A stretch of 64,000 bases of DNA from Eledone cirrhosa (taxonomy: Eukaryota): the NCBI GenBank assembly GCA_964016885.1, contig OZ024763.1:9672001-9736000 (forward strand). The letters are read 5' to 3'. Numbering within the stretch: position 1 is the first letter of the stretch; each line of letters begins with the position of its first letter. The notes under the pieces are model-generated. The model was not told where the DNA came from, did no database searches, and saw only the letters and a list, made by a program, of their open reading frames with translations. This document shows, piece after piece, positions 47,332-59,595 of this stretch. The position numbers and the translations under genes were made by a program.

Positions 47332-49040
47332 CTATTATTATTGTTATTGTGTTATTCTGTTTAGCTCAGTTCTGTTTCCCTATTGCCAGCTCCAGGCCTT
47401 GAACCTAGGGCAATAGATGTTTTCATTGTAGAGAGAGAACTTGTCTGAGAATGTGTGCTGTTGCTAGTAGCCTGATCTTCTGTAGCTCATATTTGCTGAT
47501 CCTGTGGGGAAGGACGCTAAGGTACAGGTCTGATGATTGGGGTATTAATCCTAATGCTCCTATTACCACAGGGACAGTGTTTGTGGTCATCCTCCATATA
47601 CTGTTGATCTCTAATCCAGGTCTTTGTATTTTGACAGTTTCTCCATTGTTTTTACAGATGTATTCTTGTCAGCTGGTACAGCAATATCTATCAGGCTACA
47701 TGTCTGATCTGTTTTGTTTTAATGATGATATCTGATCTGTTGGCAGATATTTCTCGGTCAGTTATCACAGACATATCCCTCAAGATGGATATGTTGCCCT
47801 TTTTCAAGACTGTTTTTGGATGGTGTTCATACCATTTGTTAGAAGTTTGGATATGAGAGCAGTAGAGCATCCAGTGCACATATTTAGCAATGCGATTGTG
47901 TCTTTCTATATAGCCAGTTTTGCCAGCTCTGGACACCCGGAGATAACATGATCTACCGTTTCTTCATACTTGTAGCAGATTCTGATATAGGCCCAAGTGT
48001 TTAGAGATTGGTATTGTGCTGCAACTAAGAGTCCCTCAGTCTCTGCTTTCAAAGCAGCCAGGATAGTGAGCCATGCTGATCAATTGTCAGAAAGTTGTTC
48101 TGGGAATCTACTCTGTAGTGGTTTTGTCTCCCATTTACAGTTTAGTTTCTGTTTGGAGAATCTTTTCTTTGATCTTCACAGTCATAGCGCTCTGTTGATT
48201 TTCTATGGGTATGTCTTGTTCCATGTTCAGTTTTTGCCTAAATTTTCTTGCCTCTTTTGTTATTGAGTGTAGTTTCTTAATTCGTGCATGCTTAAGAAGT
48301 TCATCTCAGGTGTGGTGGATGTAGCTATCCAATCTAATGGTTTCTGTTTTGTATGCAGCTTCCAGTTGTCGGAGCCCCTGTCCACCTTCTCTCCTTGAGA
48401 TATACAGACTATGTACATCAGCTTTAGGTTGGTGCATTTTTTTCAGTTGTCAATAGTTTCCTTGTCTTAGTGTCCAACCTTTGTAGTTCTTGCAGGTTCC
48501 AGTTTATGATGTTAAAGCTGTATGTTATAACTGGTACTGCTAGACTGTTAATGGCTGCGAACTTGTTGCAGGAGTTTAGCTCCCTTTTTCTTACCAGTCT
48601 CACTCTCCTTCCATATCTTTTCCTCCATACTTGCATACTGGATTCCATCTCCTTCATTAACTCCAAGATATTTGTAGAACTCTTCATTGTTAAGTTCCTT
48701 TATGGTGATTTGTTGGTCTATGGCAATATCTTTATGCTTAGAGAGCAGCCCTCTCTTGAATGTGGCATTTGCACACTTGTCCAGTCCAAATTCCATATGG
48801 ATGTCATCAATGAATTGTTTTACTGTGTGCAGTAAACCTTCCAGCTGCCCATCATTGTTTCCAAATATCTTGATATCATCCATATAAATGTGACTGTAGT
48901 GTATGTTGTCTATTTTATATCCATAGTCTGTCCTCCCCAGAAACTGATTTAGTGGAGCAAGTGACATACAGAACGGCAAAGGGGACAATGAATTGCCTTG
49001 GAATATTCCATGATTAACCTTGATCTGTCTAGATTCTAGT
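47332..49040 (-). pseudogene. R4/Dong-clade LINE (RT, CCHC, RLE) with (TAA)n-like tail
   Basis: GIFQGNSLSPL, YMDDIK, EFGLDKCA, YKYLGV, NKFAAINSLAVPVITYSF, LKAETEGLLVAAQ, ETVDHVISGC, RHNRIA, NRSDII. Confidence 0.88.
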
Positions 49041-49049
49041 GGTCCTGTG

Positions 49050-50690
49050 GTCCGACAGGCTTAGGCCATGCTGTGGCACCGCCACCAATGGGAACACTTT
49101 CTATAGCCACCCTTCCCTGATTGGCCATTGATGCTAAAGGGTATTAGTTGCTGCTGCCCTTATTTGTGCTTCGCCTCGTGCTGTGGGTTCACCCGGGATC
49201 TTGGCCAGTAGAATGTTGAGATCTCTCTTGTCAACATCTACATGTACATCTTAGATATTTTGGCAGCTTATTAAAAAGCTGGGGTCCCTTGAACCCCAGG
49301 CTTTGCAGTATGTGGTCCTTATTCTCGATGTGAAGGATGGGACCTTTAGCACTACACAGTGACGTCCTGTTTGTAGGCTGGTCCTGCCTTCAATGCCGAA
49401 GTTTGGTGCTAACCCTTCCAGGATCTTCCATGTGTATATTACTACGTATCTCTCCCGTCTCCGTTCCAGGGAGTAAAGCTTTAATTCCTGCAGCCTCTTC
49501 CAGTAGTTCATCTCTTTAATTGAGGCAATCCTCTTGGTGTAGCTTCGTTGAATTGCTTCAAAATCTGTGGGGCGACCACAGCTGAGGAGGAAAATCCTCC
49601 TGAGAAACATAGTTTCCTGCTCTCTGGTCCTTAATATCCTTAGAATCCAACCTGCCAGTCATCTGCACATTGTCGTTATTTTGGTGATGTGTGCATGAAA
49701 CGACGCATCATTGCTCATGTCAATGCCCAGGTCCTGTAATGTTTTGACTCTGGGATTTTGATTCCTCCTAGTCCAGTGTACTCTTGCTGTAGTGACCCTG
49801 CATTTGCAGGTTGATAGCAGAAGGCTTGAAATTTTATGGCATTAAATTGAATATTTTTGTCCTCTGCCCATTCATATATGGCATCTAAATCTTGTAAGAG
49901 AGTAGCATCAGCCGGTTTCTTGATTGCCTGTGTTACTTTTGTGTCATCAGCATAGTTTGTGAAGGAGGTTGTCTGTATTACAGAGGGCATGTCTGAAGGA
50001 GCCACCATAAACAGTAGTGGCCCCAAGACAGTTCCCTGGGGCATGTTGCTTGTTATTGATATTTCCTTTGAGAGGGTCCCCATTGGCTGCAACCATCTGG
50101 TTTCTGAATTTAAGAAGTCATGAAGCCATTCACCTAATTTTCCAGCTATACCAAAGCTATGTAGTTTGTGACACATCATTCCAAAGTCGAGATATATCAC
50201 ATCTACATTTGAATGGCAGCTGTTTCAGTAACCAGTCATAATGCTGTAAGAGCTGCGTAAGACAAATTCTACCCAGGTGAAAGCCATACTGGGTGTCAGT
50301 TACTGAAGATCATTTTCCTCTAGAAAAGTGATTGGTTACCTTCTGATGATTTGTTCCATGACTTTACTGATATAGGAGGTCAGGGAGACAGGTCTGTAGT
50401 TTTTAGCATCTGTTCTACTTCCTCTTTTATGAATAGGACATTTTATACCTTCTTTTAGCTTCTCAGGTAGTACAACTTGCAAGGGAGCTTTGTAAGAGGA
50501 TCTGCAGTGGTTTTGCTGATGTTTGCTTGCATGTTTTTAGGAGGATTGTTGGGAAACCATCAGGGCCAGCAGCTAAATTTGGCCTCATTTCATTTATGAC
50601 TGATATTACATCTTTCTCCTTTATATCTATATAGTTGATCGATGTCATTTCTGTGTGTAATGTAGTGGTGTTAAATTACTCATCTGGTTT
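49050..50690 (-). pseudogene. CR1-clade LINE RT and 3' end
   Basis: AAGPDGFPTILLK, NYRPVSLTS, PQGTVLGPLLF, YADDTK, LYSLERRRERY. Confidence 0.88.
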
Positions 50691-50727
<37 letters not shown>

Positions 50728-50838
50728 GTAAAAGACCAATCATTTTTTTTTTAAAAGCTGGTGCAATGCAGTAGAAAAATACAAAGGGCAGAAAGTTCAA
50801 TGGACACTTGTCAGAGCATCAATAATTCAAATTAAAAC

Positions 50839-50893
<55 letters not shown>

Positions 50894-50938
50894 GAGAGAG
50901 AGAGAGAGCCATATATCGTTAGAGAAACACATGGTATT

Positions 50939-51093
50939 TTGTACTATGAAGTATATAGTACTGTACTATGAAGTATATAGTATTGTACTATGAAGTATAT
51001 AGTATTGTACTATGAAGTATATAGTATTGTACTATGAAGTATATAGTATTGTACTATGAAGTATATAGTATTGTACTATGAAGTATATAGTAT
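50939..51093. repeat. 22-bp minisatellite, 7 copies
   Basis: GTACTATGAAGTATATAGTATT in tandem. Confidence 0.95.
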
Positions 51094-51249
51094 TTAGGAA
51101 AAAGTACATATTTTATGGTTGAAAAGTTGTTATTTTCCTTACACTACCGTTTCATAGTTCGGAAACTGAAGCAAGAATTGATCTAAGTAATCGATTATTA
51201 ATTACCATCTATTGATATTGATAGAGCAACGGAGGATGTGAAACTAATC

Positions 51250-51560
51250 ACAGAATACCAGCAACAAGTTTCCTCCACCATTCACCAACTTGTTGCCTCC
51301 TCCCTCGCCGCCAACCCCGTTGTCCGCATACCATGCGCCTCCACCATCTACTTCCTCCCCAAAATACATAAACCTGATACCCTTAGCCACCCCATCATCT
51401 CCGCCTGCCACTACCCTACTGAACTCATCTTCCCCCTCGCACCTCCCTTACCCCCCACATCTCTGACACCAACCATGCTCTTCGCTTCTTCGATTCATTT
51501 GTCTTCCCACCCAGCTCACCCTTTCTTTTCACACTTGACATCAAATCCCTCTAATATCAT
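51250..51560 (+). pseudogene. PLE reverse transcriptase N-terminal fragment
   Basis: IYFLPKIHKPD..HPIISAC.YPTELI and, in another frame, FTLDIKSL* (the D.KSLY motif of PLE RTs). Confidence 0.8.
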
Positions 51561-51562
51561 TG

Positions 51563-51598
<36 letters not shown>

Positions 51599-51699
51599 AT
51601 AACATATATATATTATTACACACACACACATATATATATATGTTACACACACACATATTTTTTTTTATGACCATGCTGTAAAATGGAGGGGTAGAGAGG

Positions 51700-52108
51700 G
51701 CCATTGAGTCTAGTAAGACATCCTCTCTAGTGCTGGTGGCACAAATAAAAGCACCCAGTCCATACTGTAAAGTGGCGCTGGTGTTAGGAAGGGCATCCAA
51801 CCAGTGAATCAATGCCGAAACGCTTATCAGCACAGCAACAAATAGATAGGAACAACAACAAAATATGAAGACGTCGCATCTCAGAGTTGCAACACTTAAT
51901 GTTGGCACTCTCAGAGGTAGATCTGCTGAAATAGCGGAGATGCTGGAGAGAAGGCATGTGGATGTGTGCTGCGTGCAAGAGGTGAGATGGAGAGGTGCCT
52001 CTGCGAGACTAGTCGTAGGAAAACATCTTAGCTATAAGCTTTTCTGGGTAGGTAAGGATGATGGGTTAGGGGGAGTAGGCATTTTCCTGGCTGAGAGATG
52101 GATCAATA
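51700..52108 (+). pseudogene. RTE LINE 5' end: module plus APE endonuclease start
   Basis: AAAAGCACCCAG...CTGTAAAGTGG...TTAGGAAGGGCATCC (51747-51798), ~65 bp before MKTSHLRVATLNVGTL...DVCCVQEVRW...YKLFW...GVGIFL. Confidence 0.88.
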
Positions 52109-52137
52109 AATGGAAACTATATTTATAAAACCATATT

Positions 52138-52199
52138 TATTCTATTATATATATTTCAAGGATACCAAAAACTTTGGTACGCTTTCATCAGATAAAATA
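52138..52199 (-). ncRNA. Minimal type I hammerhead ribozyme motif (family A)
   Basis: rc: TATTTTAT-CTGATGA-AAGcGTACCAAA gtt TTTGGTATcCTT-GAAA-TATATA-TA-ATAGAATA. Lies within a fold-back at 52105-52331. Confidence 0.85.
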
Positions 52200-52329
52200 C
52201 GAAGTGTGTTTTATAAATTTTGACATAGCCAAGGAAAATATACCTTAGCGGTTCAAGTTATCCTTGGACAGGAAAACTTGAACCGCTAAGGTATATTTAT
52301 AAATATAGTTTCCATTTATTTAATATCAT

Positions 52330-52373
<44 letters not shown>

Positions 52374-52659
52374 CGTGTGTGTAACATATATATATATGCA
52401 TGTGTGTGTGTAACATATGGACATATACGTGTGTGTATCTTTATTGGTGTGGCATTGTAATTATTATTCAAGCAAAATTAATTAACAAAGATTTTTTCCC
52501 CACTCACTAATTACTATTGGTCGTTATCTTGTATAACATTATTTTTTGTTCTCTAGTTAATACGTCAGCTGTGATGTATATTTCAAATGTTGTTAGTAAT
52601 GACGTTAAGACTGGTGTAAGGCCAGCGGGGAAGAAGACGTCACTTGTATCAACATAGGA

Positions 52660-52745
52660 CTTAACTGGTAGTTGACTCTGGTGACAGTAGTTAACTGGTA
52701 GTTGACTGTGGTGACAGTACTTAACTGGTAGTTGACTCTGGTGAT
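52660..52745. repeat. 30-bp tandem repeat, ~3 copies
   Basis: TTAACTGGTAGTTGACTCTGGTGACAGTAG. Confidence 0.85.
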
Positions 52746-53569
52746 GGTTATTGTGAAGCGAAGCTGTAATGAACACACCCCTCTAGGAGAGCAGTGACTC
52801 CCAAATATATACTTGCATGAAAGAAACATGGACTCTTTAATCCTGTAGTATTTAAACCGGCCGTACTGGCCAGACTTCTCTCACCTCTTTCTGTTTAAAC
52901 CCACTGTAACTGGCCACTCATACTGATGTTATGGTATTGTTCTCAAAATAAATAATACCAAAATCTCATAGATTCGATATTATGTGAGATATTTATATTA
53001 GGTAAAGCCTTTACCATGAAAATATAATAGTAAATATAGAGTAATGTAAATAGTAAAGCATTAAAGCATTAGTAATGGCAACATGTCTAGGATTGCAGTG
53101 ACTGAATAAAACCTGATCAGGTGACTGTAATACAACAGCCTGCTCATGGAACTAATGGGTAAGTGGCTGAGAATTCTACAGACACATATATGTCATTCAT
53201 AGCATGACACAGTGAGTGACAAGGCTGGACCTTTAAGTTACAAGTACAGTCCATCTGACAGGCTTTCAAACAGTCACTGTCTACCCAATTTCACTGACAA
53301 GGCTTGGATGAACAGCAGGATGTGGTAAACAACACCTATACATGATATTGTGCAGTGGGAAGCAGTGATATAATCACAGCTTAAAATATTCAGTTAGACT
53401 ATATTTACACAGAAACATATTGAAGGCAGAATCATTAGGGTGTAAGACAAATGCAGTATTTGTTCTGGCTCTTTATGTTCTGTGTTCAAATTCTGCTGAA
53501 GTCAAATCAAGTACCAGTCAGCTACAAATTGCTGGCCTTCAGTTTAAATTAGAATATTATTATACAATA

Positions 53570-53990
53570 TTCAGTAATGATGTGGGAAGTAGGCATAAAA
53601 GCCAAACTCATTATCTTCAATTTGGTATTTGTGCCAACCCTTACTTATGACCAAAAGAATGCAATCGTGAATACAAGCAGCCAAAATGGCATTCCTCTGA
53701 AGGGGCTTTGGAGTAACGTTACTCGTTAGAGTGCATAACTCATAGATCAGGAAATCACTCCAGGTAGAGTCACTACTTCTCTGAATAGAGAAATTTCAGC
53801 TCTGATACTATGGGCATGTGGTTAGAATGTCTCAGAAAAGAATCGGTTGGACAACATCCGTGAGCTCAGTTAGTCTTGCTTGGAGGGTCATGTGGGATCA
53901 ATTGGAAGCAGCTGCATTTGACAGGACTCGCTGGAAGGAGTGTTTGAGGACTTTGCTCCTACGATACTCCCAGGAATAAATGGGTGAAGA
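53570..53990 (+). pseudogene. RTE (Expander/Rex3-like) 3' fragment
   Basis: Homologous to 37680-37878 and continues to a YGHVVRM motif. Confidence 0.7.
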
Positions 53991-54554
53991 AGATTATACT
54001 TAAAGTTGTATATCAGATTCAGAATAGATACACCATACCCTTGCATGTAGTAAGAAAATTATACTTAAAGTTGTTTATCAGGTTTAAAATAGATACACCA
54101 TACCCCTGCATGTAGTAAGAAGCAACCAAAATGGTTGGTTTCATGAAGGGCATCCAGCTGTAAAACATTGCCTGAAAAAGTCCAGTCCATGCTTCATACA
54201 TGCTTTTCATTCATAGAAAGATCTTTTGTTGCCAGCTGAGGTAGTAGCTCCCTGAACAGTTTCATCCTGCTCTTATTCTAGATACTATACCCTCAGAGCA
54301 CCCTCCTCCACTGTTAATTAAGTCACCAAAGTAACAGAAGCTATCAACCTATGGATCCTTCTTAGTATTGGAACAAGTATATATCACTGATACTCTTATT
54401 ACTAACTATCCCTCTACTACTTACCAAGTCTACATCTCTCGTTAATCTGCTATGCTGCTTCATCTCTTCTCTACCATTAAACTATATTTCACTCTATTCC
54501 CACCATTATTCTTATGACATTGACCAATATTCACCTGTCTCTGAGACGATACTG

Positions 54555-54755
54555 TAACTGTTGTTGCTGTTACTGTTGCTGCTGCTACTGTTGCTGTTGC
54601 TACTTTTGCTGTTGCTACTTTTGCTGTTGCTACTGCTACTTTTGCTGCTGCTGCTGCTACTGCTACTGTTGCTGCTACGATTGCAACTGCTGCTGCTGTT
54701 GTTGCTGTTACTATTGTTGTTGTTGTTACTGCTGTTGCTGCTGCTACTGTTGCTG
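54555..54755. repeat. (CTG/TTG/CTA)n repeat
   Basis: Directly visible. Confidence 0.95.
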
Positions 54756-55004
54756 TGTCACCAATGTATTATGGGTACAGTGGTGATATTGGAGGTGTAA
54801 GGTGGGGGTGTTGTGGCGATGATGGAGGTGGGGGGGGGGGGGGGGGGGTTATGGTAGGTGGTTGTGTGTGTGGGGGTGATTGTGTGTGTATGGTGGTGGG
54901 GTGGGTGATGGGTGTGGGTGGGTGAGGTTAATGTGTAAGTATAATTGTTTGATGTTCAGAAATTATCTTCATCCTGCAGGAATGAGTTTCCCTCAGTTTA
55001 TACA

Positions 55005-55952
55005 CGTGTTTATGTGTGTATATGTATGTGTTTATGTGTGTATATGCATGTGTTTATGTGTATATTTATGTGTTTATGTGTGTATATGTATGTGTATATG
55101 TATGTGTTTATGTGTGTATATGTATGTGTTTATGTGTGTATATGTATGTGTTTATGTGTGTATATGTATGTGTTTATGTGTGTATATGTATGAGTTTATG
55201 TGTGTATATGTATGTGTTTATGTGTGTATATGTATGAGTTTATGTGTGTATATGTATGTGTTTATGTGTGTATATGTGTGTATATGTATGTGTGTATATG
55301 TATGTGTTTATGTGTGTATGTGTGTATGTGTTTATGTGTGTATGTGTGTATGTGTGTATGTGTGTGTGTTTATGTGTGTATGTGTTTATGTGTGTGTGTT
55401 CATGTGTGTATATGTATGTGTGTATATGTATGTGTTTATGTGTGTATGTGTTTATGTGTGTATGTGTTTATGTGTGTGTGTTTGTGTGTATATGTATGTG
55501 TGTATATGTATGTGTTTATGTATGTATGTGTTTATGTGTGTATATGTATGTGTGTATGTGTTTATGTGTGTATGTGTTTATGTGTGTATATGTATGTGTG
55601 TATATGTATGTGTTTATGTGTGTATGTGTTTATGTGTGTATGTGTTTATGTGTGTATATGTATGTGTGTATATGTATGTGTGTATGTGTTTATGTGTGCA
55701 TGTGTTTATGTGTGTGTGTTTATGTGTGTATATGTATGTGTGTATATGTATGTGTTTATGTGTGTATGTGTTTATGTGTGTATGTGTTTATGTGTGTATA
55801 TGTATGTGTGTATATGTATGTGTGTATGTGTTTATGTGTGTATGTGTTTATGTGTGTATATGTATGTGTGTATATGTATATGTGTTTATGTGTGTATGTG
55901 TTTATGTGTGTATATGTATGTGTGTATATGTATGTGTGTATATGTATGTGTG
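55005..55952. repeat. Compound (TG/TA/TTTA)n microsatellite
   Basis: Directly visible. Source of the MCVYV ORFs. Confidence 0.95.
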
Positions 55953-56436
55953 CAGGTGTGGTACACCAATGACATTACTATATATATAATCCAATATACA
56001 GAAGTGTCTACAAAATTATAGACTTCCTGCTTTCAATGAAATATCACCATAGAGCAGACATCAGCATCACCATCAACATCATTATCATCATAAACATTAT
56101 CCACATTGGCAATGATTTAAAACATTCTCTGCCAACAACTGTTGTCTGTCTGTCTATCTATCTACCTGCTGAAGTTGAGGGTTGTTCTATCTATGGGGTA
56201 TTAAACAACCCATTTGTGGCACCTCCCCTCTATTGGCGATTTCGATTGTTAAATTTGTTTGTTTCAATATTTTTACACGACTGTATGTAAAATCCACGGC
56301 ATATGTCCTTGTTTTGTCCCCTTTTCTTGTGCGCCCTTGTAGCAAATAAAGAAATCTAGCTATCCAAGTGTCTATCAGTCTATCTATCGATCCATCTTTC
56401 TATCTGTCAACCAGTCTGTATGTGTGTATATAGGTA

Positions 56437-56664
56437 CAGGGGAGGTGGAAGCATTTTTCAATTAGGGGGGGGGGGGGTCAAATTTGGTCAGTTTAGCTGT
56501 TATTGTCAAAATATCAACCAAGATATAAAAAACTTTGATAAACATAACATGTACATAAATTGTATCACATAATCAAATAGATGTATGTGTTTTGGTAGTT
56601 TTTGAGGAGAAAAATATAAAAAAATGGGGGGGGGGGGCATGTCCCCCTCAGTTCTACCGCCCCT
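56437..56664. mobile_element. hAT-like MITE
   Basis: Ends CAGGGGAGGTGGAA and TTCTACCGCCCCT (rc AGGGGCGGTAGAA); internal poly-G tracts. Confidence 0.5.
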
Positions 56665-57049
56665 TTATGGGGTCAATAAAATGCACTGGGGTCAATTTGA
56701 TCGACTTTACCGTTCCCCAAAATTGTTGGCCTTGTGCCTTAATCAGAAACCAATGTTTTCATTTTTACCTTGTCAGCCTATTAGACATTTCTTTTTCAAA
56801 CTTTTTTGCGATAGTCAGTTTGTATTTTTTCACGTTTTAAAATTAAATCTTTCTCCTACGTGATGGAACTAATGTTATCTTGCAGTGCACCATCAGATTC
56901 ACAAGTGCACCAAACAATTCTGTTTAGAAGCTAATTGCTAGCATATATTGTATGGGCCAATGTGGTAGAGCCTCTACATGGTAGCTTGACATAGTAGAAA
57001 CAGCAGCCAATACTCCCTCAAACTATACCATATGTATTATGTATATATT

Positions 57050-58535
57050 ACTCTGTTTATACATTTTATTAAACAAAATGGGAAAATTTTAATCACAGTT
57101 GTATAAAAAATATAAGAATATAATGCCTACAGAACGAAAACAAATAAAGGATAGAGAAAGAAAAAAAGAAAGAGGAAAAGAAAGAGAGAAAAACACATAA
57201 GCAGGTAATACACACATCTAGGACCACATACAACAAAAGGCAGGCGAAAGAGAGTGGACAATCAAGCCCCTACCAGAGTAAAAGATAACAGTATCGCAAG
57301 GAGCACTGGGAACTCTCTCTAATAATTTTTAGGCAAGCCAGCACACTCGCAGCATTACCGCAGGTGATGGCGAGGCTGATGCACTGGAATAACCAAGCGC
57401 CCTCACAAGCATCACCAGTGAAGATAAGAATCTCGCAGTCAGTAGCCCGACTCCCCAAACGTCACGAACGCCACAGGCTGGAAAATATAGTTAGCTGATA
57501 GATCACAGTATTTTAGGATGTTGTTCCATTTGGTTGCAGAAGCTGTGGCTCTTGCCCTAACCGCAGTATCCAGGATGTGGGAAGAAGCAAAAGAGTCACT
57601 AACTGTGACGTCCCAGACAAGACACCTGCCTCTTGACCACGGGCACAGGGTAAGACCGTCAGGTCTTTTCCCATCAAATCTGGACAACCCAGGCGGTTCC
57701 AAAATTGAGGGGATGTTTGCCCGGGCCAAAGCTCTCTTGAGATTAAGGTTTATCTCTGTGTGATGTGTGAAGCAACCAACATTCAGACGGCAAGAAAGAC
57801 TGTGGAGGCCTGTGGAGTCGAGGAGTTTGCCACACCGACACCTCAAAACCGTGAGAGTGATGGAGACACAAAGTTTGTCCAAGATGTGTAGGCCACCAAC
57901 GTTAGCCACAGGTAGGGCATCAACCCAGTTGCCTGAGTATTTGGTGCTGGCAGATAGTAAGTGGCACCTTGAGAACTGATCTGACTGGTTGAAGAGAGAG
58001 TCAAAGGTGGCCCTCGAATGTATGCTGTCCCAAGCTCTCTGACTTTGTCTGTCCTTCACGTTGTCAGGAACAGACAAACCCAACTCACTCCATCGTAGTA
58101 GAGCTCTCTGAAGGAACTAGTCCATGTTGGAGAGGAGAGGATGTTGCTCACCAGGGTGAAGCAAGCATGGGTGAAGGAAAGGAAGCAAAGGAGAGAGAGG
58201 GACAAACACTTACGAAGACCATGACTCCCAAATCGCTTGGGCAACACAGCCTGATTGCAAGACTCTGACATGGACCAAGCACTCGAGTCTCTCGAAGATT
58301 GGGTCATCGAAGCATTGGAGGCATGACAAAAATCTGTGAGATGGGCTGACTCTGAGCAGATACAAAAGCTTAGGAATCAAAAGGTAGATTCTGAGTATGA
58401 AAAAACCTTAATGGGGTTCAATTGCTTCAATATTCTTCAACAATTGCTCAAGGCATCTTCGATTGGAAGACTGACTCGAAGGCAAGGTCAGTAATTGGGG
58501 CTTCTAAGGAACACCAAGTGGACGGGAGAGGGACA
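57050..58535 (-). pseudogene. CRE-clade LINE 3' portion (RT thumb, CCHC, RLE, 3' UTR)
   Basis: SQRAWD, GNWVDALP, CRCG..LDSTGLHSLSC, EPPGLSRFDGKRPDGLTLCPWSRGRCLVWDVTVSD, KYCDL, FQPVAFVTFG. Confidence 0.85.
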
Positions 58536-58564
58536 TATATATATATATATATATATATGGGACA

Positions 58565-59115
58565 AAAGAGAAGGTCACTACATGGTAGCTACTTATAGTA
58601 GCCACATTTCCCTCAAAATACAGGAGCTCTGTTTAGGAGCTATTTGCTAGCATATATTGTATAAGCCAATGTAGTAGACCTAGTAAAAATAGCAGACAAT
58701 TCTCTCTCAAGCCACATCATACTGTGTCATGTACCTACCTCTCTCTCTATAAATATACACATATATATATTAGATAAGATAGCGAGGCCACTACACAATA
58801 GCTGGACATAATAGAAATAGCAACTAATTCTCCCTCGTCTTATGTTTGTATGAGCTAATGGTAACTAGACATGTTAAAAGTAGCAGCCAAATCGCCCTCA
58901 AAATAAATACACATGCTTTATTTGGGAGCTACTTGATATATGTATAAGTCAATGTAGTAGACCTACCTCTACATAGTAGCTAGATTTGTCAGAAATAGCA
59001 ACCAATTTCCCCCTCATAACACACCGTACAATATTATCTATGTATATACCAACGAAAACTAATCTCTATATTGTGGTTAAACCTGCTAGAAGTAGCAGCC
59101 AACTTGTCCTCAATC
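58565..59115. repeat. Diverged tandem array of a short repeat; a further unit lies at 56920-57035
   Basis: (TAG)AAATAGCAGCCAA...CCCTCA recurs ~6 times. GCTA(A/T)TTGCTAGCATATATTGTAT is present at both 56930 and 58638. Confidence 0.65.
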
Positions 59116-59367
59116 TGTAGGTGTGAAAGAGTTGCCAGAACATAGTCAATTTATTTCATTATTCTAAAATAATAATTAATATTGATAATGTCATCTTCCA
59201 AGTTGGGTTGGGTGACCTTGTCTCGCTCATATAGGAGTTCTGGCTAGATGCCCTTCCTAACACTAATCACTTTACAGTGTAGGCTGGGTGCTTTTTGTTG
59301 TGACACCTACACAACAACTTTACAGTGTGGGCTGGATGTTTTGTGGTACCAACATAATATATATACA

Positions 59368-59538
59368 TGGTCGTGGAGGTGCCATGGGATAAAAGCACCC
59401 AGCACTCACTGTAAATGAGGTTGGTGTTAGGAAGGGCATCCAGCTGTAGAAATCAAGCCAGAATCAGTTCCCGTCCCACCCTTGCAAGCAGGGAAAAAGC
59501 GGACGTAAAAATGAAATGATGATGATGATGATGATGAT
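59368..59538 (+). mobile_element. Family-1 SINE 3' half
   Basis: Matches 20870-21030. Confidence 0.82.
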
Positions 59539-59595
59539 ACACATATATCATGATAATGATGATCATATATATATATTTGTGTGTATATACATATA

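Noticed and set aside
54514-56021. Cys-rich metallothionein/keratin-like and MCVYV ORFs
   Set aside because: Translations of (CTG)n and (TG/TA)n microsatellites.
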